A DNA stretch of 64,000 bases from Azolla caroliniana (Eukaryota; Plantae; Polypodiophyta). Where the stretch lies: NCBI GenBank assembly GCA_043228905.1, contig JBHGNT010000011.1:13516001-13580000 (forward strand). Direction: 5' to 3'. A program made the position numbers and the translations under genes. This document shows, piece by piece, positions 22,601 to 34,021 of this stretch. The notes under the pieces are model-generated. The model had not been told where the DNA came from. It was given only the letters and a program-made list of their open reading frames with translations, and did not search any database. The first letter of the stretch is position 1, and each line of letters starts with the position of its first letter.

Positions 22601-25008
22601 GAAGAAACCGAACCGGCCGAAGAAGATGAAAACGATACCGGAACCGGCCCCGATCCCGAAATGGATTCGGATGAAGAAGAATCGGAAGAACCGGTTACCG
22701 AAGCTCCGGAACGGAGATATCCTCTAAGAGAGAGAAGGGCCCCCCGGAGATTTCCGGAACCAGAGCACGTGCTGCTAACCGACGAGGGGGAGCCGGAGAG
22801 CTTTGAAGAAGCAAAACATGACACCCAGAGCCGCAGGTGGTTGAGTGCCATGCAGGACGAGATGGATTCCCTGCATGAGAATCACACATATGAACTTGTG
22901 GAGCTGCCGAAAGGAAAACGGGCACTCCGTAACAAGTGGGTGTTCAAGCTGAAACCGGGAGATGCCGGAAACCCCCCGAGATACAAAGCCAGGATCGTGG
23001 TGAAGGGGTTTCAGCAGAAGAAGGGCGTCGACTTCGACGAGATATTTGCCCCGGTAGTGAAGATGACCTCCATCCGGACGGTGCTGAGCATAGCGGCAAG
23101 CATGGACCTCGAGATAGAACAGATGGACGTGAAGACGGCATTCCTTCACGGTGACCTCGATGAAGAGATCTACATGCAGCAACCGGAAGGATTCGAGAAG
23201 AAAGGGAAGGAGCACCTGGTATGCCGATTGAAGAAGAGCCTTTACGGACTGAAGCAGGCTCCCCGGCAATGGTACTGGAAGTTCGACTCCTTCATGACCG
23301 ACGAAGGGTACCTCAAAACGCAGTCCGACCACTGCGTGTTTGTGAAGAAGTTCGAAGGAGGAGACTTCCTAATACTCCTCCTGTACGTGGACGACATGTT
23401 GATCGTCGGACGGGACCAGGTCAAGATACGGATGCTGAAGAAGGCTCTTCACCGAACCTTCTCAATGAAGGACCTGGGTCCGGCGAGGCAAATACTAGGG
23501 ATGCACATCATCCGGAACCGGAAGAAGAAGCAGTTGTGGCTGTCACAAGAGAAGTACGTGACGAAGGTGCTTCACCGGTTCAACATGTCGGAAGCAAGAC
23601 CGGTCGGATCGACCCTCCCGGCAAACTGCAAGCTGTCCAGCAAGCAAAGTCCCAAGACAAAGGCTGAAAAGGAGGATATGATGAAAGTGCCGTATGCCTC
23701 AGCCGTCGGGAGCTTGATGTACGCCATGGTGTGTACGAGACCGGACATCGGATATGCAGTCGGAGTGGTGAGCCGGTACATGAGCAATCCCGGCAAAGAG
23801 CATTGGAACGCGGCCAAGTGGATACTCCGATACCTGAAGGGCACGGCAAACGTGTGCCTCCGATTCGGCTCCGGTAAGCCCGAACTCGACGGCTTCACCG
23901 ATTCGGATATGTCGGCTGATGCAGATACCAGCCGGTCCACATCAGGGTATGTGATGACGTATGCAGGGGGAGCCGTTTCGTGGCAGTCGAGGCTGCAGAA
24001 GACGGTTGCGTTGTCAACCACGGAGGCGGAGTACATGGCGGCTGTTGAAGCCGGTAAGGAAATAATATGGATGAAGAACTTCATTAGAGAGCTCGGTATC
24101 CGGCAGGAGGAGTACCAGCTCTACTGCGATAGTCAGAGTGCCATCCACCTTGCGAAGAACGCGGCCTACCATTCCTGGACAAAACACATCCAGCGCAGAT
24201 ATCACTGGATCCGGGAAAGGATAGAAGACAAGGAGTTCGTGCTGACGAAGATCCACACGGACGAGAACGGGTCGGATATGCTGACCAAGGTGCTTACACC
24301 CGACAAGCTGGAAGCATGCCGGAAGAGGATCGGGTTGGAGAGACATCCCATGCCGAAGTGAAGGGGGAGTTTGTTGGGATTTCGGTCCCTCCGGATGGGA
24401 TGTCCGGAGATGAATGACGGAAAGTCCGGAGGCTGTTACGGAACCGGAGGATGAAGAGTACCCGGCATGAAGCCGGATGAAGACCCCGGCTACGGAGCCG
24501 GATGACGAAGAGAAGACCCGGCTACGGAGCCGGATGATGAATGTACCCGGAGAGAGATCCGGATGCGGGGACATAGTTGTGAATATGTTTGCCAAGGGCC
24601 CTTGTGGCTACATTTGTAAATAGCCCGAAAAGTCATATGTGTATAAATATGACTTAGGGCAAACAGTTCAGTCGTTGTTGCTTATTTTTCTGTTTTCACT
24701 TAGAGAGAGTGAAGTGAGCAGCCGGAGAGAGAGAGAGAGAGAGACGAAGAGGTCGTTGCCTCTGTGTATTGCCGCCGCCTGTGGCGAAGATAGTGAGCTC
24801 AAGGTTGTTGCCTTGAAGCTTCACCATTGTACATCCCTGTTCATAGTGATAGTTGGAGTTTGAGGACTCCCGTGGTTTTTCCCATTTAGGGTTTTCCACG
24901 TAAAATATCCTGTGTACTCTTCTCTCTATAGTCTTCGTGTACTTTGTATTTCCTATTTTCTGTGAGTTGATCCTATTCCGTGGTTGTGGCCGAGCACCGT
25001 TTGCAACA
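19620..25008 (+). mobile_element. Full-length young Copia family-B element (B1, Tnt1/Tork-like): LTRs 19620-20256 and 24372-25008 (637 bp), PBS 20260-20271, PPT about 24360-24369, TSD CGTCT
   Basis: LTRs appear identical by eye; CGTCT at 19615-19619 and 25009-25013; single uninterrupted ORF. Confidence 0.97.
20288..24361 (+). CDS. Copia gag-pol polyprotein (1357 aa from ATG 20288)
   Basis: CFHCGKPGHFRKNC; WVVDSGASFH; LWHKRLCH..CTDC; IRADNGGEY; MDVKTAFLHG; LLYVDDMLIVG; KVPYASAVGSLMYAM; YCDSQSAIHL. Motifs resemble the Tnt1 polyprotein. Confidence 0.96.
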   Translation: MEGGSSGQPGMMVLNAQNYADWKIKMEDLLIVRDLYEPIDRSEIPKGVLESEWKLLNRKAVATIRQYVDVSVLQHVANDTNAYEMWKKLSGLYERKNALNRTSLMRKIVNLKYRDGESMVEHVSTFMGFVNQLAAIKFPLEDAMQAIILMCTLPDSWENLVVTLSTSCTEDNLSLQTVKTSILNEEARRRDKEPASDSKALLTESERGRQWNRSPQRREKSGTRSQSRGRPTCFHCGKPGHFRKNCRHYQKDNGGDDTDSKKSPERNGAYRGATDRRGPDRRGQDRKGTTALAASEEEIMLITEERELNLAGEEMTWVVDSGASFHLTPEKKYFSSYTAGEHGCVRMGNEGTCRIAGIGDVWLMTSTGCKMLLKDVRHVPEVRLNLISAGRLDDEGYTGSIRNGVMKFSKGSLIVARARKVNTLYLMNSRLCPGELNVAADTAGELWHKRLCHMSEKGMKRLAEDNLIPVKHVHLEKCTDCLAGKQNRTSFHSRPPTRRSAPLELVHTDVCQVETKSHGGAQYFVTFIDDHSRKLWTAPLKTKDQVLSVFKELHARVERESGKKLKAIRADNGGEYRGQFEEYCRSKGIRLEFTVPKTPELNGLAERMNRTIMERVRSMPAHAKLPKGFWAEAMSTATYVINRSPSVPLDGDTPQKVWTGKEVSYRHLKVFGCLAYVHVAKDRRGKLDPKTRPCIFLGYGDDEFGYRVWDPVDKKIFRSRDIIFMEDKTLADWESEKKVKSSKSTGEDQLYKEQSRPARDRLTLEDPAEDDEETEPAEEDENDTGTGPDPEMDSDEEESEEPVTEAPERRYPLRERRAPRRFPEPEHVLLTDEGEPESFEEAKHDTQSRRWLSAMQDEMDSLHENHTYELVELPKGKRALRNKWVFKLKPGDAGNPPRYKARIVVKGFQQKKGVDFDEIFAPVVKMTSIRTVLSIAASMDLEIEQMDVKTAFLHGDLDEEIYMQQPEGFEKKGKEHLVCRLKKSLYGLKQAPRQWYWKFDSFMTDEGYLKTQSDHCVFVKKFEGGDFLILLLYVDDMLIVGRDQVKIRMLKKALHRTFSMKDLGPARQILGMHIIRNRKKKQLWLSQEKYVTKVLHRFNMSEARPVGSTLPANCKLSSKQSPKTKAEKEDMMKVPYASAVGSLMYAMVCTRPDIGYAVGVVSRYMSNPGKEHWNAAKWILRYLKGTANVCLRFGSGKPELDGFTDSDMSADADTSRSTSGYVMTYAGGAVSWQSRLQKTVALSTTEAEYMAAVEAGKEIIWMKNFIRELGIRQEEYQLYCDSQSAIHLAKNAAYHSWTKHIQRRYHWIRERIEDKEFVLTKIHTDENGSDMLTKVLTPDKLEACRKRIGLERHPMPK

Positions 25009-25174
25009 CGTCTTATGTACAGACTGAGTATTATTGTTGAATATATTTTTTGTGTCTTCTCTCACTCTCTCTGTCTCTCCTGCGTATACCGTGTAAGCTC
25101 AAGCCCTCCATTGAACCTAAGTTTCCTTCCTTCTGTTCGGTCTTCATACCTGCTTCCGCACGCTACTTTCTACA

Positions 25175-26370
25175 CTTCATTTGGGTTATTGCCCGTTGTG
25201 CTCGAATGCGGTGCGGGGCTGGGCTCACGGTCTCGATGGTGCATATGTGATGACGCTTCTAGGAGGTTAAGTTTTTGTTGCACTCACGTGAACATGTCTT
25301 TCCTTTCTGCCAAAGTGACTTCAATATCTCGGGTGATGATTTTCGGTTGTCCCCCTTTCGCGAGTTGCATCGGCCATATATTCATTTCTTGTTCTATCAC
25401 ATGTAATTCTTGCACAGCATCCCGTATGTGTCGCTCTACATTGAGCGGGTCTGCCATTGGGCTCTCCTGTAGTGGGGGTGTGTTGAGAGGTGCTTTGGTT
25501 GCCGGGCTGAATGGGAGGTTCATGTTTGGTAGCATCCCTAGGGTTAACCACCCTCCGTGGTATCGAGTCAGGTTAGATGGGTCAGCACCATGTGTTTGGT
25601 TGGTTTGTGTGAACTACTCCTGGTGTGTGGGTTGTGTTTTGAACATCCCCGTCCATGAGAATCCAACCATGTTCTCTTTTCAAGCTTTGTGGGTTCGCGA
25701 AAGATGATCTTTCGTCGAACTTTGTGGGTTTGGCAAACTTTAATCTTTCGTCGAAAGATGTGGGTTTGGCAGACTTTAATCTTTCGTCAAAAGATATGGG
25801 TTTGGCAAACTTTGATCTTTTGTCCAAGGATGTGGGTTCGGCAAACTTTGATCTTTCGTCGACGGGTGCTCCCCTTATCGAACTTTGATCTTTCGATGAA
25901 GGATGATCTTCTGTTGAAACATATTCTCTTGTCAAGTTTTATGAGTTTTTCGAAAGATGTGGGTTTGGCAAACTTTGATCTTTCGTCGAAGGATGCTTCT
26001 CTTATCGAACTCTAATCTTTCGATGAAGGATGCTCTTTCATCGAAAGATATTCTCTTGTCAAATTTTACGAGTTTGTCAAAGATGTGGGTTTGGCAAACT
26101 TTGATCTTTTGTTGAAAACTTTAATCTTTCATCAAAGGATGTGGGTTTGGCGAACTTTGATCTTTCGTCGAAGGATGTTTCCCTTATCGAACTCTGATCT
26201 TTCAACGAAGGATGATCTTGTGTAGAAAGATGGTCTCTTGTTGAACTTTGAGCGGGAAATTTGAATTTTATTTGGCACCAACGGCCATTTCATGTCCCAT
26301 AGGATGATCGTAATTAGTGAGAATTGCGGTGATTATCCTTGCCCTACAACGGCTAAATCTTAACAATGCT
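25175..26370 (-). pseudogene. Probable gag / gag-pol linker fragment of G1
   Basis: Minus-strand ORF pieces 25284-25535 and 25582-25935 lie where sequence upstream of the G1 protease is expected; no diagnostic motif. Confidence 0.5.
25690..26250. repeat. 36-bp minisatellite with higher-order repetition
   Basis: Unit about TTCGTCGAAGGATGTGGGTTTGGCAAACTTTGATCT; reads KFAKPTSFDERS on the minus strand. Confidence 0.88.
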
Positions 26371-26374
26371 TAGC

Positions 26375-29300
26375 ATTACAAAAATTTCTTTGTGCATACA
26401 ATGTGCTCAACAGCACTATTTATACAAGTCCTTAGAAGGATTGACAGAAGTACAGTGTACTTCAATGCTCACACGAACGTCTAACACTAACTACGAGACA
26501 ATGATTACCTAGTAGTCTAGGCTACTACTAGGCTTCCGGTTACCGCTCTGACCCGGTTACCTAGTAGTCTAGGTGTCCGCTTGGCCTTTAGTTGATTTGG
26601 TTCGTCCGAATCCAACTGTTGAACCAAATCGGCTGTCTCCGATCCGTTCCCGCTCTTGTCTGAATCAGTTGCTCCCGATTTGTTCCAACTCTTGTCAGAG
26701 TCGATGTTCTCCAACTCGTCTTGCGGTTTCAGGCCCTTCACCACATCAGACCATGTCCAGGTCTTGGCCTTCTCATACCGGTCAGCTTTGTCCTTCTTGA
26801 CTCTGTCGCCGTTGCCGCTCGTTCCAACTTGTTCGGATGTGCCGACTTCCTTCATCGACTCAGCTTCCTTTTTCCCTCTGTCTCCCCCTTTGTTGGTTCT
26901 TTCTTCCTCTCCGGCTCCTTGTCTGATGCCATCCGTTCCCTTTCCTTTTCTCCCCCTCAAGTGTGGCACGTCGAGATGTTGAACACCAAGCATTTCGGTG
27001 AAGTGTTGCAACTTGTCCGATCCGAGTGGTTTGGTGAAGATATTGGCAACTTGCCGATCCGTCTGAACATACCGAAGTTCGACTTCACCACTCATGACCC
27101 ACTCACGCACGAAGTGATAATGCACTTCTATGTGCTTCGTTCGAGCATGGAATACGGAGTTCTTGGCGAGCTGAATGCATCACCGGCCCAATCGGCATCT
27201 GTATATCCAACTAGCTCTTCGGTTATACCATGTCGGTATAACAGTCCTCGTTCCTTCGTGCCACTCACATACCGCAATACTCGATACACGCATTGAAGGT
27301 GCTCCACGATTGGCTTCTGCATGAACTGGTTGATCACTCCGACCGGGTAACAGAGGTCGGGTCGAGTGATTGTCAGGTATATGAGGCTTTCGACAATTTG
27401 TCAGAACCGTTTCTCATCGCAAGACGGTCCAGAGTTGGGACAGAACTTCTGGTTTTGGTCTAGGGGTGTGGACACAAGTCGGCATTTCGTCATGCCGAAC
27501 TTGTACAGCATATTCAACACATAGTGTCATTGTGAGAGCAATATGTCGTCAAGGGTTCGGATCACCTCGATCCCAAGAAAATAATGAAGGTCCCCCAGGT
27601 CCTTCATTTCAAATGCGTCCGACAACTAGGACTTTACTCGGCCGATTTCATTGAGTCCAAGTCCGGTGATGACCAAATCATCTACATAAAACAAAATGCA
27701 AACCGGATTGTCCGAACCTTGCCGGATGAACAAGGATGAGTCGGATTTAGAGGTCACAAACCCCATCTTACACAATCGATGCGTGATCTTCGCATTCCAA
27801 GCTCGGGGGGCTTGTTTCAAATCGTAAAGCGACTTCTTGAGCCGGCACACCGCCGACTTGTTCATCTCCAACTGAAAACCGGGAGGTTGGATCATATAGA
27901 CCCGTTCATCAAGGTCACCTTGAAGAAACGCATTCTTCACGTCCATCTGGTGAAGATGCCACCCCCTTTTTGCAGCAACCGCCAGTACCACACGAACCGT
28001 CGTCATCTTCGCTACCAGAGCGAAGGTCTCATCATAGTCGATTCCATGGGTCTGTGCGTATCCCTTCGCCACTAATTGGGCCATGTACCAGTTAACCAAA
28101 CCGTCGGCATTGTACTTTACCTTGTACCCCCATTTGCAACCAATCGGTTTACAGTGTCGGGGAGGGTCAACGAGGTCCCATGTGTCGTCGGCATCGAGTG
28201 CCTGCATTTCTTCCTCCATAGCGGCACGCCAATTTGCGTCCTTTGCCGCTTCTACATAGCTCTCCGGCTCACGCACTTTCGCCGCTTTGGTCATGTACGC
28301 ATAATGATGCGCAATGTACTCATTGTACCCATACCGCGTAATGGGGTTCTTCTGGCGGGAAGACCGGCGTAACTTGTCATCACCCGGTTTGGGGCCCTTC
28401 TTGGCTGGTTCGGACTTCATTCCCGAAGATCCGCCTTCATCCTTTTCAGAGTCGGATGCACTCCAATCCAACTCAACATTGCCGGCTTCGTATTCCGGCA
28501 TCTTCTTCTTCCCCTTCTCTTTGCGCGTGAACCGTCTCTTTGGTTCCTTGCGCGGGGAGAGCACGGCAGAGTCTCCACTACTCGTCGGTTCTTCATCCGA
28601 CTAGTCACTTTGACCTAGTCGCTCGTTCGGTCCGCTCAACCGAAACGATTCTGGACTCTCTTCTAGAGTCTCCAGCTCTTCGTCTTCTATATGGACCTCC
28701 TCGGGCTCACTAGCCTCATCTTCCAGAATCGGGTCTTCGTTGGGAGTTGGAGTCGATAAGGAGTACCATGATGTTGTCTCATCGAACTGAACATCTCGGC
28801 TTACTAGGACCTGCTTAGTTTGGGGATTATAGCACTTATACCCCTTTTGCTCATGCGAGTAGCCGACTAGGATGCACTTCTCCGACTTCAAATCCAGCTT
28901 CCTCCGCTTCTCATCTGGTACATGCACATATGCTATGTTGCCGAATATCTAAAGGTGTCTCAAATTCGGCTTGTGCCCAAAATATAGCTCGTGTGCTGAC
29001 ACCTTGTCACCGATCTGGTTTTGGATGTAGACAGTCATCTGGACCGCCTCAGCCGAGTAGAAATGGGGTATGCTCTTCTCCTCCTGCATTGCCCTTGCCG
29101 CGTTGACAATCGACCGGTTCTTCCTTTCAGCCACACCGTTTTGCTCCGGCGTGTATCTGCAGCTGAATTCTCTCCGAATTCCATTATGCTGCAGATAATT
29201 GTTGAATTGGCTAGAAAAGTATTCTTTCCCGCCATCCGACCGCAGGCACTTGATCTTCCTCTCCGTTTCCCATTCAACCAAGCTTTGAAGGTTCTGGAAA

Positions 29301-31512
29301 CACTCAAAGACTTCGCTCTTCCTCTCGATGAGGTAGATCCACGTGTGTCGGCTATAGTCATCGATGAAGGAGACGAAATACCGACTCCCACTAAGACTAA
29401 CGTTTTGTGTCGGTCCCCATACATCCGAATGGATTAAATCAAGCTTGTTATGGCTCTAGTTTTGTTTGGTGGGGAATGGAAGCCGGTATTTCTTCCCGAG
29501 TTGGCAAGCTTCACATATTTGGACCTTCCGACCACTGAATTTCGGCAATCTGAACACAACTTGTTTCGATTGCAGGTCTTGAAGCCTCCGGTAATTGACG
29601 TGGCCGATCCACTTGTGCCAAAGATTGATGTTCGATTCAATCTTCTGTCCTTTGGCAAACATGGCGGTGCCGACGTCATTGGTGTTGACGATGAACATCC
29701 TCCTTTCTCTGCGCCCTTGTGCAATTATCCGGTCTTCTTCCTCGATGAAGCACCCTAGGTGCGTAAACTGCACCTGCATCCCCTGGTCGACGATTTTTCC
29801 AACTGACACCAGGCTCTTTGTGATTGTCGGAATGTGTAGTACGTTCATTAGCTTCCCCTTTTGTCTAACATGGCTTAAAGGGATTTCTCCAACATGCACA
29901 ATTGGGTGAGGGGTGTCGTCTCCGGTTTCGACAATCCCCGGTTGTTCCGGCTTCTCCAAAAAAGAGAACCACTCTTCATGGCTCGTCATGTGGTTGGACG
30001 CTCCGAAATCAACGTACCATACTTCCTCCAATTTGGAAGTAGTCTTCTTCATCGAGTTAGCCTTGTGCTTCATCACGAAGGCTAGCCCTTTACCGGTTTT
30101 CCCGATTCCGGATCCTTCCAATCCTTCCGCGTAGTGAGAGCTTTGCCGGTTCTCCCGACTAGTTTTGCCGGATCCGGATTTGTCCAAATCGGCGCGCTTG
30201 TTCCAGCACTCGCTTTCCCTGTGGCCCTTTTTGCCACAATACCAGCATTCTGTGTCGGCCTTTCCTTGCCGGTTCTCGTCGCCGCTTTGACTCCCCCTGC
30301 TTGTGGAGGGTTTGGAACTGTTGTCGGCACCACCTCTGTGCCTCCGGTCCTGCTCTTGCCAGCCGCCTCCATTGCGTGCCGACCCACCTCGTCCACCACG
30401 TCCATGGGGCCGATCTGTCTCCGTGTACAGCATCCGGTCGTCCGATTGAGTGGTCCTTGACCCACTCCCATGGTTTTCTTTGACCATCAGCATCGACTGC
30501 AAGTCGAAGAAAGACAGTGGTTTCTCCCCTAAACCCTAAACCTTTGCGCTAGACCACCGAGGCAGATTTGTGCCATCTCGTCTTCATCCACCATCACATT
30601 GATGGACCCGAGCACGTCGCAGATCTCCTTTATCTTGGTGGTGTAATCCGTAACCGACATGTCTCTTTGTCGGATGTTGTTTAGCTCTTGTCGGAGCTAC
30701 AACTTACGGGTTGTGGTACTCGCGGTGAAAATCTTTCGTAGATTTTCCCAGGCCTCCTTCGACGTCTTTGCATGCTTGATGTAGCTGAGCATCTAGTCGT
30801 GCACACAGGACGCGAGGCAGCACAATACTTGGCTCGCTCCTTACTCCCATATCGGGAAATCCTTGTGTGACGGCTCCGGTGCTACTTCATTTGTTCCTTC
30901 CACGAAGCTCCAATATCCATGCCTCAACAGGTACTGGTGCATTTTATATGACCAGGACGCGTAGTTGCTCCGGTCCAACTTCTCCGTTGGAAGTGAACTT
31001 GCCATTCTTCTGTCCATATCTTCTCTCTATCTATTGTTACCAGGTGCTAGGGTTCGTCTTCAAAGGCGTCTGTCGGTTGCAGAGGTTCTCAACCCTCGTG
31101 CTCTAATACCATGAAAACATCAAAGTGTGGAAGCGTTTGATCAATACCGGCTCATCCGGATAGCAAGAGAGAGTGTGTGAGAGAGAGAGAGATAGATTAA
31201 CAATGAGTACACAGGAGAGACACGGAGAGAGCAGACAACGGTTCTTCTATTACAAAAAATTCTCTGTGCATACAACGTGCTCAAAAGCACTATTTATACA
31301 AGTCCTTAGAAGGACTGACAGAAGTATAGTGTACTTCAATGCTCACATGAGCGTCTGACACTAACTACGAGACAATGATTACCTAGTAGTCTAGGCTACT
31401 ACTAGGCTTCCAGTTACCGCTCTAACCTAGCTCACCGGCTCACCAATCCGTCTCGCTCACTAGCTCAGGCTTATTCAGCCGATCTGGATCCGGTTGAGCT
31501 TGCCGCTCAACA
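26375..31512 (-). mobile_element. Copia family-A element (A3): 5' LTR 31112-31512, PBS 31100-31111, only the middle of the 3' LTR left (26375-26572)
   Basis: TGTTGAGCGGCAAGCTCAAC...CA plus TGGTATTAGAGC; 26375-26550 aligns with about 31249-31425; PPT and both ends of the 3' LTR are missing. Confidence 0.9.
26573..31017 (-). pseudogene. Copia A gag-pol (A3), degraded, with an internal deletion in RNase H
   Basis: ECWYCGKKGHRESECW; WYVDFGASNH; LRSDGGKEYF; MDVKNAFLQG; FYVDDLVI; YTDADWAGDA joined directly to IQLAKNSVFHARTKH near 27178. Confidence 0.92.
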
Positions 31513-34021
31513 GTATGGTTAAGTGCAAACAACCCACCTTAAGTATAATAGACACCTTGCTTGTTGGGATGAACACCTTGTTGTATAATGGGAAACATTA
31601 GAATAAATTCTAGTGCGATACCTCACTTTAGTCAATGAATTTCCTCCCTTAAGAGCATAGGAGGTGACACCTCCCTTTGCAATCAATTTGCGGTAATTGC
31701 CTTGAGCGCACTATGGTTAATATAGTTTGTCACTAATTTCTCCATTGTTGTTGCTTCGTGATAATAAATAGAAAAAATTAATGTGTTTTTAATAACATGA
31801 TTGTTCATGCATTCTTGTACTTCCACAAAATTTAACACTCCAATTAGGATGCCAATCACGTAGTTTAAATTTGAAGTGTTATTGATTGGATTGGAATTAG
31901 ACACATTAGAATGGGAATTGAGTTTTGTTTTTCATGTGATTCTTGTTCTTGTAGCTAGGGCAAGAATTCATCAACTTAGATGGATTTTGACATGAAAAAG
32001 CCCAAAAAAGCTATTTACACAAGTGTAAACATATAGATCCTGAAAAACAATGTTCGATGTGACCCGGACAAAGTATGATTCTCTCGCTTTTAATGGGAAT
32101 CATGATGGCCTTCAAAATATCCCAAATGCTAGTGAAACAATTTAAGCATGAATACCTTCACAAATGTTAGTGAATGTAATCTAGGATGTTTTTTTTAACA
32201 TTAGGAATGTCATGAACCACGGCCATTTGAAGGGAGTGCAATCAATTGTGCAATGTCAAGGCAAGGAACTGATTTTCTAGATCAATATGTTGCAAATCAT
32301 CAAAACCTTGCAATATGACATTCAAGAGTTGAATCTAAGATTCATAATACATATATAAAATTTATGGCATCTTGTTGTGAAGAAGTAGGTGACGTTAGGT
32401 GGGGCCAATTTGTTACCATCACGCTTTTCGTGTTGGGGCCATACCCAACCAACCCTTAATCTATTGTCCATATCTGTCATTTTGGAACCATCCTACAAAT
32501 GCGCACATGGGGATTTATGGTTCTCCCCTCAATTTTTATTTCCTACATTTTTGTGTATGACTATATACTATGTGGACGATACATACATTATGCTTATTTG
32601 TGCTGCCAATAGTCAAATTACTAAGTATTTATTCCCATAAAGTGGTATTATTTGCTTTTAGAAGCCTTTAGCTTTAAATGCCACTCTGGAAAATAGATAA
32701 CCTCGCCTTTTTAGTGAAAACTTAGTTGGGAATTTTATATAGCATTTGAGTTTGTTTTTTTTAACACTTTCCTAGTTGCACATAGTTCGTCTATGTTTTT
32801 TTTTTACCCCATGGAAATGATGATGTTACCCCCTCGTAACAAGAGGAGATATTATTGCCACCATTTGTCCTTTCAAAAATATGACTTTGTGCCCTTGATA
32901 TGGGACAAAGTAGATGCTTAAAAACTTGCTCTAATCTTTTACGAATCATTCCCCCACAAAATCAATCATCATAATGGGGATGATTAATCAAAATGCTAGT
33001 TCGCATTACAATTCTATTGATTTGGGGTAATCTTGGTTTTCCCCTTATTTATGTATTGCTAAGTTCTGGCATGTTCCTCTTTTCTTGTATATAATTCATT
33101 GGTACATTTGAAAACATTACGAGGAAACACCTCATGCTTTGTTATAATACATTGTCTTATTGGTGTTGGTGTTATTATCATAAATATATTAGCAAGCCCT
33201 TCAAGCTTGATAAGCTTTATTACATTTAAGAAAATCTGCAAGTTCTTTTTCTTAACAAGTGGGCTAGCCTCAATGCAAGTCCATAGATTAATATATTGAC
33301 AATTTCCATGTGTTTTGAATAGAAGGATACCATAAAGCCGGTGTTGGTTGAGACATTTTTTAATCTTGAAATTTGCCATCTAAGTTGTAACTCTTATGAT
33401 GAAGACATAAAAACTAGTCTTACTGAAGTCGAAGTTAAAGGGGAAGAATCATGCAAGTGCTATATTAACATATCAAACCAAAATATTAACACTTGTAATG
33501 CCCATGGGACATCTACATAGGGAAGATGTCAACCATAAGCATATGAAAGTTCGAGAAAGGAATAGCACGAAAAAGGAGATGTGATGTTCATGTGTACGTA
33601 ATAAATGATGGTATGATACTATATTATGATGCATTTGTCAATGCCCATCATAAAAATAGAGAATTTAAATAAATGAATGAATAACCCCAATCTCAACCAT
33701 TTGTTATACTGACCTCATAGCTTTTGGAAGAAAGTTGTACTGACATAGTGATGTTGCATACATGGTTCTTGTTCGTAGCTTTGCAAAGGATAAATAAAAT
33801 CATAATGTTGAATAACATTTTGGCCCCGAGATAAATTGCACATGTGTGATATATACATATATAAAATAGGACGTGGTGAGGCAGAAAATGTTTGTTTTTC
33901 CGATGCGAGTGAGCCCTTTTGGAATGGTAGAGTCGTGTTGGACCACAAACTTGCGTGCATCAAAGAACATGGCAAGTTGCAATGTAGAGAGAGGAGGGGG
34001 GGTGGCTATGCTCCAAACATC

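Larger units (their letters stand above)
13729..25174 (+). mobile_element. Chimeric Copia family-A element (A1/A2): 5' LTR 13729-14163, PBS 14164-14175, PPT 19380-19388, 3' LTR 19389-19619 plus 25014-25174 (split by B1)
   Basis: TG...CA LTRs, PBS TGGTATCAGAGC, PPT GAGGGGGAG. The two LTRs are clearly different and the flanks AAACT and CTTCA do not match. Confidence 0.88.
1593..26370 (-). mobile_element. Degenerate non-chromovirus Ty3/Gypsy element G1 (Phygy/Selgy/Athila-like), fragmented by nested insertions; no LTR visible
   Basis: Minus-strand order: gag-region fragment (25175-26370), protease (12922-13728), RT-RH-INT (6056-9163), C-terminal extension, extra 3' ORF. No chromodomain and no extra archaeal-type RNase H seen. 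Linking the 25175-26370 piece is inferred from strand and position. Confidence 0.75.

Noticed and set aside
20341-24084. Many antisense and alternate-frame ORFs shared by B1 and B2
   Set aside because: Expected shadows of a GC-rich, stop-poor ORF present in two near-identical copies.
31513-33800. Short ORFs upstream of the bHLH gene as genes or an old TE
   Set aside because: AT-rich with stops in all frames and no motif I can recognise; possibly ancient TE debris but unsupported.
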